A DNA stretch of 64,000 bases from Strigamia acuminata. Its lineage: Eukaryota. Shown one piece after another: positions 40,201 through 52,200 of the stretch (positions are counted from its first letter, which is position 1; each line of letters opens with the position of its first letter). The position numbers and the translations under genes are program-made. The DNA lies in the NCBI GenBank assembly GCA_949358305.1, contig OX442314.1, positions 8,866,001 to 8,930,000 on the forward strand, given 5' to 3'. The notes beneath the pieces were generated by a model that was not told the DNA's origin, ran no database searches, and was given only the letters and a program-made list of their open reading frames with translations.

Positions 40201-43200
40201 TTTGTTACATTTGTTTAATTTTACAAACGAAGTCTGAACGTAAGAAACGAAGCGTACGTTCATCGTTCGTGAGGTTAAGGCAAAATACGATAATTTAAAA
40301 CTTTACATTAACCTTGAAGAACCACCCTCTGTTACCAAGACAACAATATTGAATTAAAAATAAATAATACATTCTCATTGATCTGCTCTACTAAGAAAAG
40401 CTGACCTTGAAAATAGAATTCTTCTTATTTTTATGCAACAATAATCAATACTAACTCTACCAACAGCAAAAACCATTATCCTACCTTTGAGCTTCTCATG
40501 ACAGGATTCACTTCTGCTCCATCATCAATTAAGATCTTACACAATTCAACATTGTTGTTAATTGCTGCAATGTGGAGGCATGTTCTGCCATCATTGTTTG
40601 CATAGCTTGGTGCACCAGGCCTTTGTGCTAACAACCACACAACCAGCTCTTCAAAAAAATAATATAAAACAAATTAAACAATGTGGATGTCACTTTTGAT
40701 TGTTTGTTCACCTTTTCTTCCTGATTGGACAGCATCATGGAGTGGCAAGTCACCTTTATGATTTTCCTTCCACAAGTCAGCCAAATTCTTTTCTAAAATC
40801 TTAAGAGTTTCCAATTGTCCTTTGGAAGCTCCACAATGAGCTGGGCTGTAATTGAAGTCAATAATTGTGTGTCAAGAGATTTTTAGAACAAATATTGGAG
40901 CTTACGTTCTGCCTTTAAGGTCTTGATGATTAGGATTAGCTGAGTATCTGAGTAAAAGAGAGGTGCAGTCCGCATGACCCAAAGTGACGGCATAAAAAAG
41001 AGCTGTGCATCCATTGTTGTCTTCAATGTCCACATCCATTCCACAAAAGGATAATAATGTTTCGAGACACTCGTTGTGTCCTCTGCTGGCAGCGCAGTGT
41101 AGAGCTGAAACCAAAGCACAACAGTTGTCAGTTATTTGCAGGGGTTGAAGTAAGCCAGAACTCTCCGGAATGCTGATTCGGTAAAAGATTTGGAAGATTA
41201 ATTCGCACAGAAACTAGAAATCGTTTGAATCATAAAATCTTTGAAATGTTGCTAATTTTAAATAAAAATTCATCTATGCAATAATATATATTCTACTAAA
41301 TGCATACAGAATTTTTTTTAATGTTTGTAATAAACAAAAAATAAAAATTATTTATTTTTAAATAGTTAGCGGAAAACTAGCGAAATATTAGCGATAAAAT
41401 AGCTAACTGGTACTATACAGTTCGCGCCCGGTATCTTGATGCTAAATTCGTACAGCGCATCCCATTCTGCGCAGACGATTTTCTAATTCCAGTTGTTATT
41501 TAGCAGTATTAAGCCTAATATTAGGCCTAATAATGCTAAAATAAAGTTAATAAACAACAATAAACTCATTATTAAAAGTAATTTACAGCACAGTACCAAA
41601 ATATTTTTACTTATTTACCTATTTTTAGCATTATTAGGCCTAATATTAGGCTTAATACTGCTAAATAACAACTGGAATTAGAAAATTGTCCGCACAGAAT
41701 GGGATGCACAGTACAAATTTAACATCAAGATACCGGGCGCAAACTGTAGTTAGCGATAGCGACAATTAGCGAAATGTACATTTTGAGCAAAAAGCGAAAT
41801 TTTAGCGAAGTTATTATTGTTGGTTAGCGAGCCCAACAACGTTATTATTACAATATTCTCCATAATTTAACGGTTTGCTCCGTTGTTTATTAGTAGGATT
41901 TTTATGTAGTTTAACTTATATTATAATTGCTCACACAAAGTTCAAATTAATGACCACAATAAACAAACTCATTCAGCATGAGACATTGCACTTTAACCGT
42001 TCGTTTGTTGCCAAGCGACCAATAACAACACGCTAATCCCACACACCGGAAGCACACGTATTATTTTTATCCTACCTGTCAATCCGTCCTTGTCTTTGCT
42101 TTTCACGTTTCCGCCGGCATTAACCAAGGCCAATAACGCGTCGCTGCTTCCTGTGAAAATTGATTTCAACAGCTATTTTCGAAATCTACTCAAATTATTA
42201 TTTATTTTCGACTCTGCCGTCTATTTTCATACCTGCGGAAGCGGCCCATAAAAAGGGCTCGCGACCATCCTGGTCTCGAACGTGCACGTCTGTGTTGTGG
42301 TGGATGAGTTTTCTCAGCACTTCCATTCCTAGTTCGGGGTTGTTGCCCATGTCGTTCTTCGGGCCACACATTTGGGCCGCGTAGTGGATCGGGTAAGCGC
42401 CGTGCATGTCCGGAGTTGAAGCGTCGGCTCCGCTGGCGATGAGGAGGTCGAGGCACTCCAATTCGCCGCATACTGCGTGAAATAAATAAGGTTTTTACAA
42501 ACTATAACAAGTAAATTTAAAAAACTACGTTTTTGGGAAAGGCTTTTATGTTGGTTTTTCAAATCGCCGCCAGTGCGCTACTACCGCAGATTTTTTCGTG
42601 ATTGCCATGTACGCGCCGAAAATCGCAAACTAATGAACTTTTCCACATTAAAATCTAAAAACAAAATATATGGGCAGATAGGAATTTTTATTTTAACCAA
42701 GATTAGCCTGGTTTCAGAATTTATTCAGCACTTTATAATTTAAAACGAAGCAGATTTAGAGTTGACCCTGACAATTTGGCATCCATTTTAGTTTAAATAC
42801 ACTAGTGGTGGCGCTATTGTGTACCGGAAGTTGAAACAAACACACAAACAAACATTCATGTCAAGTAAAATAAAAGACTTTAAATACTTGTACTAGAACA
42901 CTCTAAACTAAAAAATTTTCAGATTCGGTTCTTTTTGGTGATTCGAATTGAGATTTTAGTATTTCGCGATATTGGAGGAATCGATTTAGAAGTTAGGATC
43001 TTTTTTAGCTGTTGGGGACGAAAATTTACAACAACAAAATAAAAAAATTACAAAAATATTTTTTTTGTTATTTGGGTCACCAAAAAGAATGCAAGTTGGC
43101 CCGAAGTTCGGTCTCCTCGACAGGATGTCCGCCTCTGGGTCCCGGAAGCTATACTGCGCCTATAGGGCCTAAGTGTTATAAACCGGCCACTGACGACTGG

Positions 43201-46200
43201 GAAAAAGGCATCTCAGTCAGTAAGCATGTTCAAAGTTTTGGTTTTAACAGTTATTAACGTTTCTATAAACGTAATGGACGTAAAAACAGCCGAAAACTAT
43301 CATTAAGAACTGCAAAAACTAATACCACCACTGCAGTGGTTTATGGATTCGTTTATGTCGGGTTTTAGTTTTTACAACTAAATCCAAAATGGCCGCCTCT
43401 AAAGTGTCATAAACACTTTCAGACGATTCATCCACCTTCCAAAATGTGAGTAAATGCTAAATTATGTTTAAATAACGGGCCACAACCGCAATTCGTTGGT
43501 TAAAGGAAAAAAAAGGAATTGTTATGCACCATGTACGGAGTACTCGCCCGATCGCGACGCAAAAACGATACAACAAACCCGTCAAAAACGAACACATACT
43601 ATTTGCATACTATTTGCATACTATTTCGGCCGTTTTTATATACCGGTATTTACATAGAAAATTGTCCGAAATATTGATCTTTTATTGCTATTAAGAGTTT
43701 AATTTCGTACGTGTTATTAATTTGGAACACTTTGAATCGATTGAAATTGTGCAATTGTTAATCAGAGCACGTAATTTATTGCTGACGCCCACACGTGGAA
43801 TATCTAGGCCAATTGATGGGTTAATGGAGTATTATGGAGTTCCAACAGCTGGAACCGAATCGATAATCACCATTAACGACACCGAGTGACTCACATTCGG
43901 AGAGTCTACCCTATTTTCTAGGTTAATTGCACGTAAAAACAACATCAAAATCAGACTTAACATAAATATGTATGGAATAACTGCAAGTGTGGAAAGCTTT
44001 ACACGTTACCTGTTGCCCAGTGGATGAGGGAATGCTTTTCGTAGTCCACTGCGTTGACATCAGCATTTTTGGAAATGAGGAACCGGGCGAGGATCTTGTT
44101 GCCGTTGATGACCGCCAAATGAAGGGCTGTGTATCCTTCGGAGTCGGCTGCGTTTACTAATTCAGGCTCGACCGATAAAAGTTCATCGGCACAAGCCAGA
44201 CTGGTGTTTTCCGAGCAGTAATGAAGTGCACTTTTCCCTGTTTTGTCCCTTCCATTGATGATTGATGGCTGGAAAAAGCCAAAAGATAAAAAGTGAAAAA
44301 GGATGGTTTATTGGTTTTGCGGACTTATTGCAAACTTATTGCTGAGCTATTGCGGGCTCATCCGGGAAGTTTTTGACCAAAATTTCAAGGTTTTAAAGGA
44401 AATTTGAAGTTTTTAAACATAATTTGAAGTTTTTAAACAAAATTTGAAGTTTTTAAACAAAATTTGAAGTTTTTAAACAAAATTTGAAGTTTTTAAACAA
44501 AATTTGAATTTTTTAAACGAAATTTGAATTTTTTAAACGAAATTTGAAGTTTTTAAACAAAATTTGAAGTTTTTAAACAAAATTATTACGTGATATGGTA
44601 TCACGCAATATGCACGTTCACTCGATTTTCGTAACAAACCCCCCAAAATTGGCAAATTGCGGATTTTCCGCAAAATTGCGGCATTACGGTCCGATTGCGG
44701 CAATTGCGGACTAAAAAGTACCTCCAATTTCAAAAATTTTGTTGTCAAAATGCTCTATTTGCATTATCCACACTTATGAAACCATTTTGGAGAAGTTTTA
44801 TTTTCCGCAAAAATAGCAGCTTTAGCGGATGACGAATCCAATAGTGTAATCAAATTTTATGCCAGTCATGCAACATTGCACTTTTCATTTGCTAACCCGT
44901 TAACTGGACGAGATAGAGCAAAATTTCCGACTACAAAGTTGTAAAGCCCCATAAAATTAGCACTATCCAACTTATCTTAGTCATGAAGTTGAAATATTTC
45001 AACTTCATGCTTAAGCGTTAAAGCTGATGCAACCGATGTTGCCGAACAAGCCTTAAGAAGTCCTGGTCAAAATGATAAAACACACTGTAGCTTGGATACC
45101 AAGTTTAAAGAGTCTCTCTCTTATGATGGGAGCCTATGAGGCCCCCTATGTGTCAGTGGGAGTTCACTGCAGTTGATTATTGTTATAATCTTTTAATTTA
45201 TTTTCTCACTGTATTGGATGAACTTTAAGGATTATGGTTCGGTGAACTCCGGGTATTCTAGAAAGCACTTCGAACGAACCGGTGTGAACCGGCTGAATCC
45301 CACCACTGTATCAACCAATAGAAAGCAGGCAATTAGTTTGCTTTCTTGCTAGCTTGCTTTTTTCTTGCGTGTCTAAACTAGGCTTTATCGGTTTTTGTAT
45401 CGACAAGTTGCACGCTTAATGTCTTTATCTCATCTCACACAGTTAGGGATTTGTGTTGAAAGGTTATGGTCACTTCATAACTTGAAATTCTCTTTACCAT
45501 TATGCCAAGGTGTATCCACTTGGTGTTTTGGGTCTTTGTAACTCATGATATTGCTAATAAAATAGGTCATAATTGCCTGGAAGCAACCAAAGGTGCATTT
45601 TATGTCAGAGGCAAGCATGTTTGTCCACCTTCTAGTAAAAATAACCACTTTTAATTGCCTGCTTTCACTCTGTGCCCGGTATCTTGATGATAAAATCAAA
45701 TGGAAAAATCCCTGTCTGCTCACACACACGCAAAAAATAGTCAAATATATGATTTTTAGAAATAATAACAGGTAATGGCACTATCCACTTGTGTGCAATA
45801 AATATTTCGAAACTTTTGTGCTTGTTTTTGTGTTTGATTTTGTCGTCAACATAGCAGGTGCAGACTGCAGACACCCCGCATGTAAAATTAATTATTTTTA
45901 AGCATCAACAACATGAATAATACGTTCTGTGGCGTGTAATTTGCATTAGTTCTTCAACATTTTTTTTTTGGTTTTTACATCCAAATTAAAAATGGCTGCC
46001 ACAGGAGTTAGATTGGTGTTCCAACTTTAAGGTGCATTTCATAAATATAAAGCCACCCGCAAAAATTGACTTCCCAGAAAAACGATTAAAACAATCACAA
46101 AACTGTTTTTTGCACGTGAATATTCATCAAATTTTACACCTTTTACTCATTTCAAAACAATTCTGAACAGAAATAACTACTAGTCACAATTGAAAAGCAA

Positions 46201-47128
46201 ATTTTTGCCTTTTTGCAATGTTGTATAATTATAAAGCCAGTCACAAATTTCATCCAAAAAAATTTTTTAAGGATCAAAAATTGACACAGGAGGGTAGTTT
46301 ATATGTACCTAAATGTCATCTGTTACAAAAATTGTACAATTGTCAATCCAATTGTTGTAAAAACAATGCATTGAAACCCACTGATCGCCAAAAAAAATTA
46401 AGATTCTGAGTGAAATGTTGCACATCAGGGTCTGCTGGTGAATCAACAAGAAGACCATACATTGGTGCATCAAAACAACAACTACCAGAGGGATTAAGAG
46501 TACCAAATTTTTGAAATAAAGGAAAGAAAAGCAAGTACAAAAGATTTGAGAATTAGTCATTTTTAGACAAACAAATGTTGCTCTACAAATTTACAATTGA
46601 AAATTTTTGTCTATCTCTAACGGTTTCCAAGATAATTTTCCAATAACCTTGAAGGAACATCCCAAGGTCAAATTTCGGGTCACCAAAAGATTGCCCCACC
46701 CAACTTTAGTACTTTGCCATCATTAGATTAGATGCATTGTCAGCACTTTCAGAAATATTAAGTAAAGATACAGACTTTTTGTTCACCCTGTATAATGAAG
46801 TTTTTGTAATCGGATTTTGGTAATTGGGAATTGAACGCGCCTATAGATTTTGTCCGTTATTTATGTGATCGTGCGTCCAATATCGGTTGCAACCCTTCCC
46901 CAGGTTGCCTCGATATCATACCCCAGGCACGCAATATTCGACGTTTCTTGTCATTAATCTCTGCATATGTATTTGTTAAAGAAATAAAAAAGGAATTACA
47001 TTCGATTGTAAAAGTTCTCGAACTTCTGCACTGTTTCCTTGTTGACACGCCAACATTAATGATGAAGGCGTTCTTCGGGCCGGGGTCGGGGCAACCGCTG
47101 CACGCGTTTCTACTAGTGTTGAATCCAT
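34219..47128 (-). CDS. Inversin-like ankyrin-repeat protein with a long low-complexity C-terminal region
   Basis: Phase-consistent exons approximately 47128-47000, 44268-44010, 42473-42232, 42150-42075, 41104-40905, 40846-40712, 40650-40485, 39554-39432, 38176-37772, 37547-37086, 35501-35311, 35246-35185, 35124-35004, 34499-34219. About 10 ankyrin repeats (GKSALHYC, GYTALHLA, GAYPIHYAAQ, ALHCAASRGH, GRTCLHIAA). Confidence 0.85.
34577..34897. mobile_element. Palindromic-ended MITE, inverted copy of 39803-40157
   Basis: GCGCACACAT...ATGTGTGCGCCCAGC termini; shared internal CACGGATTGGCTGCGACATGAATC. Confidence 0.7.
36240..36979. mobile_element. hAT-Charlie-like MITE containing nested MITEs
   Basis: CTTGGTTTCTCAAAC ... 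GTTTGAGAACCTCTG; perfect TSD GTCTAGAG (36232-36239, 36980-36987). Confidence 0.8.
36432..36872. mobile_element. MITE nested in the hAT element
   Basis: TIR AAGTCTGTTTTAGAGTAAGTATGGCACTCCTCCTATTG / CAATAGGAGGAGTGCCATACTTAAACTGAAACAGACTT. Confidence 0.8.
38900..39069. mobile_element. hAT-type MITE (family shared with 55141-55286)
   Basis: CAGGCCCACCTTTAC ... GTAAAGACGGCCCTG; perfect TSD AGTGCGTT. Confidence 0.88.
39803..40157. mobile_element. Palindromic-ended MITE within a CCGTATT-type element (related to 7200-7297)
   Basis: GCTGGGCGCACACAT ... ATGTGTGCGCCCAGC; its flanks match 7200-7297 in inverted orientation. Confidence 0.7.
41418..41746. mobile_element. Tc1/mariner-type MITE with ~125-bp TIRs
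   Basis: TA|CAGTTCGCGCCCGGTATCTTGATG ... CATCAAGATACCGGGCGCAAACTG|TA. Confidence 0.9.
44398..44582. repeat. 20-bp minisatellite (AATTTGAAGTTTTTAAACAA)
   Basis: About 9 units. Confidence 0.9.
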
Positions 47129-49248
47129 TTCAAGTGTACCAAACCAAAATTATCATATCTGGTTCAATGTTGGGTTGTTGCGAGTCTGAAAATAAATAAA
47201 GGCAAAAAAAAATTAATCCATAAGTGAAGCTAACATGAAGGTTGGTTGCGTGAAAGGTCATTCAAATCAAACAAGTTCAGTTAAATTGCACTGTTGCAAT
47301 TCCATACATAAAATATTTCTAATTAGGTTGAATTATTAATGAAGGTTTTTTCCCCTGATCTTTGTTTGCCATTATTTTTGTTGCAGTTTGGATTAATTGA
47401 TTTGTGCTTCAAATTATTCTTAGTTTTATTGGGTCATTGATTTTTTTTTAAGTGGAGCTTGAACCAGGAACAATTTGAGGAAGTTATGGTTTTTTCATGG
47501 TATTTTTTTTTTTTTTTTTAGGATTTTTGGAACCGTGTGACCTCATTTATTGATGATCAGAATTAATCCAAGGTTATTTTATTTTCTAGAAGAAAATTAG
47601 TGCCACAAATACATGGTTTTTTAATGTTTCTAAATAGCGGCTTCACCGATGCAAGCGGTAAGTAATATACAGTATTGCTGTTACGAAGAGCCAAAATAGC
47701 TTTCGTTGAGCCGTTATTGCAAAATATTAACATTTTATTATTTACCCAATATTACAGCCAATTAAAAACCAACGATAGGCTAATATTACTATATTACCAT
47801 GACGGTAAAAACGGGATTTTTCGGCATGCCGGTAAAACTCGCAATATACTTGTATGCGGCTTAAAGTGGGGTATAGCCGTGGACAAAAAAAGTTTCTTTC
47901 AGTTTAGCTGTTTTAAGTTTATCTATCATTATTTGCCCGGTCCATCTTTTAATACTGTTGTTAGGCCAAGACGAGAGACCAGGTCAAGATTGATGTCATT
48001 GAATCTCAATGGATTTTTATGCCACCTCAGTTATACCAAAGCGAAAGTTTAAAAATTAGGCTTAAACCTGTATGGATTTGTGGGCTCCTAAAAACCAGTA
48101 TTTCCATCCATAAATGAAAAAAAAAAATGTTTAAAATTGATAAGTAAATTTGATCTGATCACATGCAGGCAGCCATTAGACCGGTTTTTGCGTGCCACTT
48201 CCATGAGATTCAAATCCAACCTGATTTTCAGCTGGATTTTTGATTGATCAATATGTGTATTATTTACATTCAAATTTACACACGAATAAAACAAAAATTG
48301 TGGATTAATTTCAATCAATATTTACTTTGTGTTGTAATTAGTTATAATCATACAGAACAAGTGATGACTGTTAACTGTTTTTAAAGTATTTGTGATGTTG
48401 ATATGGTTACCGTATATCAATAACATAGAGGTAAAGGAGTTGACACACTTTACGTCAACGGTTTTTTTTATGTTATTTTAAATTATTCATTTTTCTCCTG
48501 TTGGAAAAAATAAATTAAATTAAACTATTAAATTTATTTTCTTTAAAAATTTAATGTTTGAAAAAAATTTAAAATATTAAAATTTCCAAAGAAAATATAT
48601 TTTCTAAACATTAAAAGTTGGCTCTTTGTTGCATCAGAACTAAATGTGGGTTATAACTCTTTGTAAACTGAGGCGGCCATTTTGAAACTACAAAATCTCC
48701 TAAAACTAGCAAAATAATTCATTTACATCACATTTTATAAAGAAATCAATTAATGTATAAGTTTTTTACACCAATCAACACAAAAATATAACTTAAAAAA
48801 CACCTTACCTCAAAAACAGAGCTCAAAATCATTAACCAATCAATTAATCAATTAAATAACACGTGTTTATAAGCATCCCCAGCACAGTGTCGTTGTTTGC
48901 CCAATTCCGGACCAGACTGAAGCTTTTTCACCACCTGCAGTTGCATGGTCGTGTGTAAGTTTGCGTTGGTAACCATGGTGATGTATGACATCATCATCAC
49001 ACTAGATGCGCAACCTGTGGCGAAATTCGGAATCAAAAAATTAATAAATTAAAAGCTCAACTGATAAAAACCAGTTGCTAGTGCAATAAACCCTTTAAAT
49101 ATGTCAAACTAGATTTTCCTACTTGGTACATTGCCCATTTAGTTAGATAAGAGCCTTTATCAGTCACCATAGGCCTATAGGCTACAGCAGGTCAGAGAGT
49201 TGCAGCTGCAATCTGGTGCTTTCATTTCCAACACTTTTATCCATCAAA

Positions 49249-52200
49249 ATGGATCTTATAGACTTGCCAAGCATTTTAACTTTCACCATGAAGTTTTTGG
49301 AGCAAAATTTACTTATTTCTGGAATGTTGTGTGCTGTTTTGGTGCTAGGAATGCAGTGGTTTGTGAGCAGTAAGAAGGTAATTGAAAAGGAAGCGAAGAG
49401 ACAAAGAAAGGACAGTGAGGTGAGTGAAGTGACAGGAGATATGGAGAGCGAAGACTATGAATTTATACCTTTGGATTTTAAACGGATTCCTGAATCGGAT
49501 ATGAAAGTCAAAGTGAGAAGGTTTTACGAAGATGTCAAGTCACGAAGATCTTGTCGACACTTTTCGAAAGATGATGTTTCGAAAGAAATCGTAGAGAATA
49601 TAATTAGAGTTGCAGGTAAGAGTTTTCCTATAGATGTGAAGAGAGGAGTGTAATATTTCGCAGATATCAGTATCAGCCGATATTAAGTTGCCGATAATCA
49701 GTATTGGTCGATATTCGGTTGCCAATAATCACCTTATCTATAAAGCTGGAAACACAAGGGAGCGGGTAAAATTCCAAAGCTTGCTAGTACAAGTTTAAAG
49801 AGGGAGTCATTTACAAGTTCACTTGACCCGCTTTTGGCTTACCAGCTTAACTGGCAAACTCAAGCTATCTAGGTAGCTAGCCAGAAATTCCCGCCAAAAT
49901 CTCTTCCAAGAATTTCCTCACGATTCTGATTGGGTGTCAAATGTTATGAATATGGAAAAAACGGTTGAAGTTTAATACAGTTTAGAGCAACCTCACTGTT
50001 CTACATCAAGTGAAAGAGTGGGGAAAAAACACAGGAAGGATGTTCACTCCAAATATGGTAGGAGTGTCACCACAGGATATAAAAAACTCAAACTACACTG
50101 ATTACACAATGACATCAAGTGGTGATTTTCCACATCAAATATCCCAACAAATTCCCCCAAAATCAACAATTCGATTTCATCACAAAAACACTTCTCAAAA
50201 ACACAATTATATAAAAACAATCAATATGAACACTGCACACAATAAAGTCATTATTCCCCCACAGTCTTTAGTCCTAGTGCTTCTAATATTCCATTCAGTG
50301 CAGGTCCGGCCAAAGGCTTCGTTAGAAAGTCCGCCAACATGTCCTCGCTTGGGACATGTTCCACGATAACGTTTCCGTCCTCGATCTCTTGTTTGATGAA
50401 ATGCACTTTCCGATTCAAGTGCTTGGTCCTCGTCTTCTGCGCACCGCCTCGCAACAGTTTCACTGCGTTCAAACTATCACAGTGCATCGTCGTGGTCTCT
50501 CCGTCGTCGACTTCTCCATTTAGTCCAATCGCAAGTTGTTTCAACCAAATTAATTCTCGCACTCCTTCGGTCAGCGCCAAGAGCTCACTCTCTGTACTCG
50601 ACATCGCAACAATCGCCTGTTTCTGGCACTTCCAGTTAATGATCGAACTTCCGTCAAGTGTGATGAATCCGGAGAACGATCGTGCGTTCGATGTCCGGTC
50701 CCAACTCGCGTCCGAGTAGCCGTGGATGTGGCTCTCCTCTCTTCCGTAACTGAGCTTGTAATCCACCGTCCCCTTCAGGTATCTCAATACTCGCTTCAAT
50801 GCGATAAAGTGGATTTTTCGTGGGTCCTTGTTATACTGAGATAACAGGCTCATCGGGAAACTCAGGTCTGGCCTCGTGTGTGTGGCAAGGTACATCATCT
50901 TGCCCAGCAGTTCCTGGTACTGTGTTGCGTCAACTTTCTCACTTTCTTCAAATTCGTCCAAGTTTTGATTGGGGTTCACTGGGGTTATTGCGGCGTTGCA
51001 TCCCTCCAATCCTTCGCTTTCCACCAATCTTCTAATGTATCCGCCTTGGTGGATGTTGATTCTTCCATTTTTGTACTCAACTTGGATTCCCAGGATGTAT
51101 TCCAGTCTACCTATGCTCACGAACTCAATCTCTTCCTTCATTTTTGACATTAATTGCGTCTCAAATTCGTCCGTGGATGCCAAGGACAGGTCATCGTCCA
51201 CGTATACGCCTAGGAACATAAAGTTGCCATCAACCAAAATCACATAAAGGCATGGGTCCTCTGGAGATGGTTTAAATCCAATTTTCTTCAATGTCTTATC
51301 CAACATTTCAAACCAACATCTCCCTGCCTGTTTTAATCCATAGATGCTCTTGATTAATTGGCACACGTGTTCCTTTCCTCCTTCAACGTATCCTTCTGGC
51401 TGCATCATAAATATCACTTCTTTTAATTTGCCGTGAAGGTATGCGGCTTTGACGTCATGTTGTTTCAATGGTCTGTTGATTTTCGCTGCTACATTAATCA
51501 GCATTCTCAGTGTCTCTATTCGGATAACCGGGGCGAAGGTCAACTCGTAGTCGTCCCCGAATTTCTGCGAATATCCGGTCGCCACTAGTCTTGCTCGGAA
51601 TCTTTCCGGTTCCCCTTCGGAATTTAACTTGACTTTATAAACCCACTTGGATTTCACCGCCTTCTTTCCTTTTGGCAATTTTCCAATTTTCCACACTCCG
51701 TGTTTCTTCATCGAGCTCATCTCGTCATCCATCGCGGCTTTCCATTCCGTCGCGTTGTTAGAATTTGCCGCTTCGTTGTAATTTTTTGGCGTTAGTATTT
51801 CTTCCACTAGTAGGGCCATTTGCTTCGTCTTGATTCTTTCAGATCTTCGTGCTCCTTGAGCGACCAACTGTCGTTCACGTTCCTCTCTTTGCATCGTGTC
51901 TGCGACCAATTTCATCTCTCTGGTCACCCCCGCTGGTCGTCCTCTCTGTGGTGGTTCGACACGTTCATCTTGAGCGTCGTTTTCTTCCGCGTTGTCCTCT
52001 CGTTCATTTGTTTCATCTTCCTCCTCATTTATCTCATTTTGCTCTTCTTCCTTGGCATCGTCTGATTCGTCCTCTTTTTCTTCGCAGTTCAGATCGATTT
52101 TGACTGTTTCAATCTCTTCATCGTCTTTGATTTCTCCATTCAACAAATCTGCGCCCGTTTTACTCTCGTCAAATTTTACATCAATTTCTTCACTAATTGA

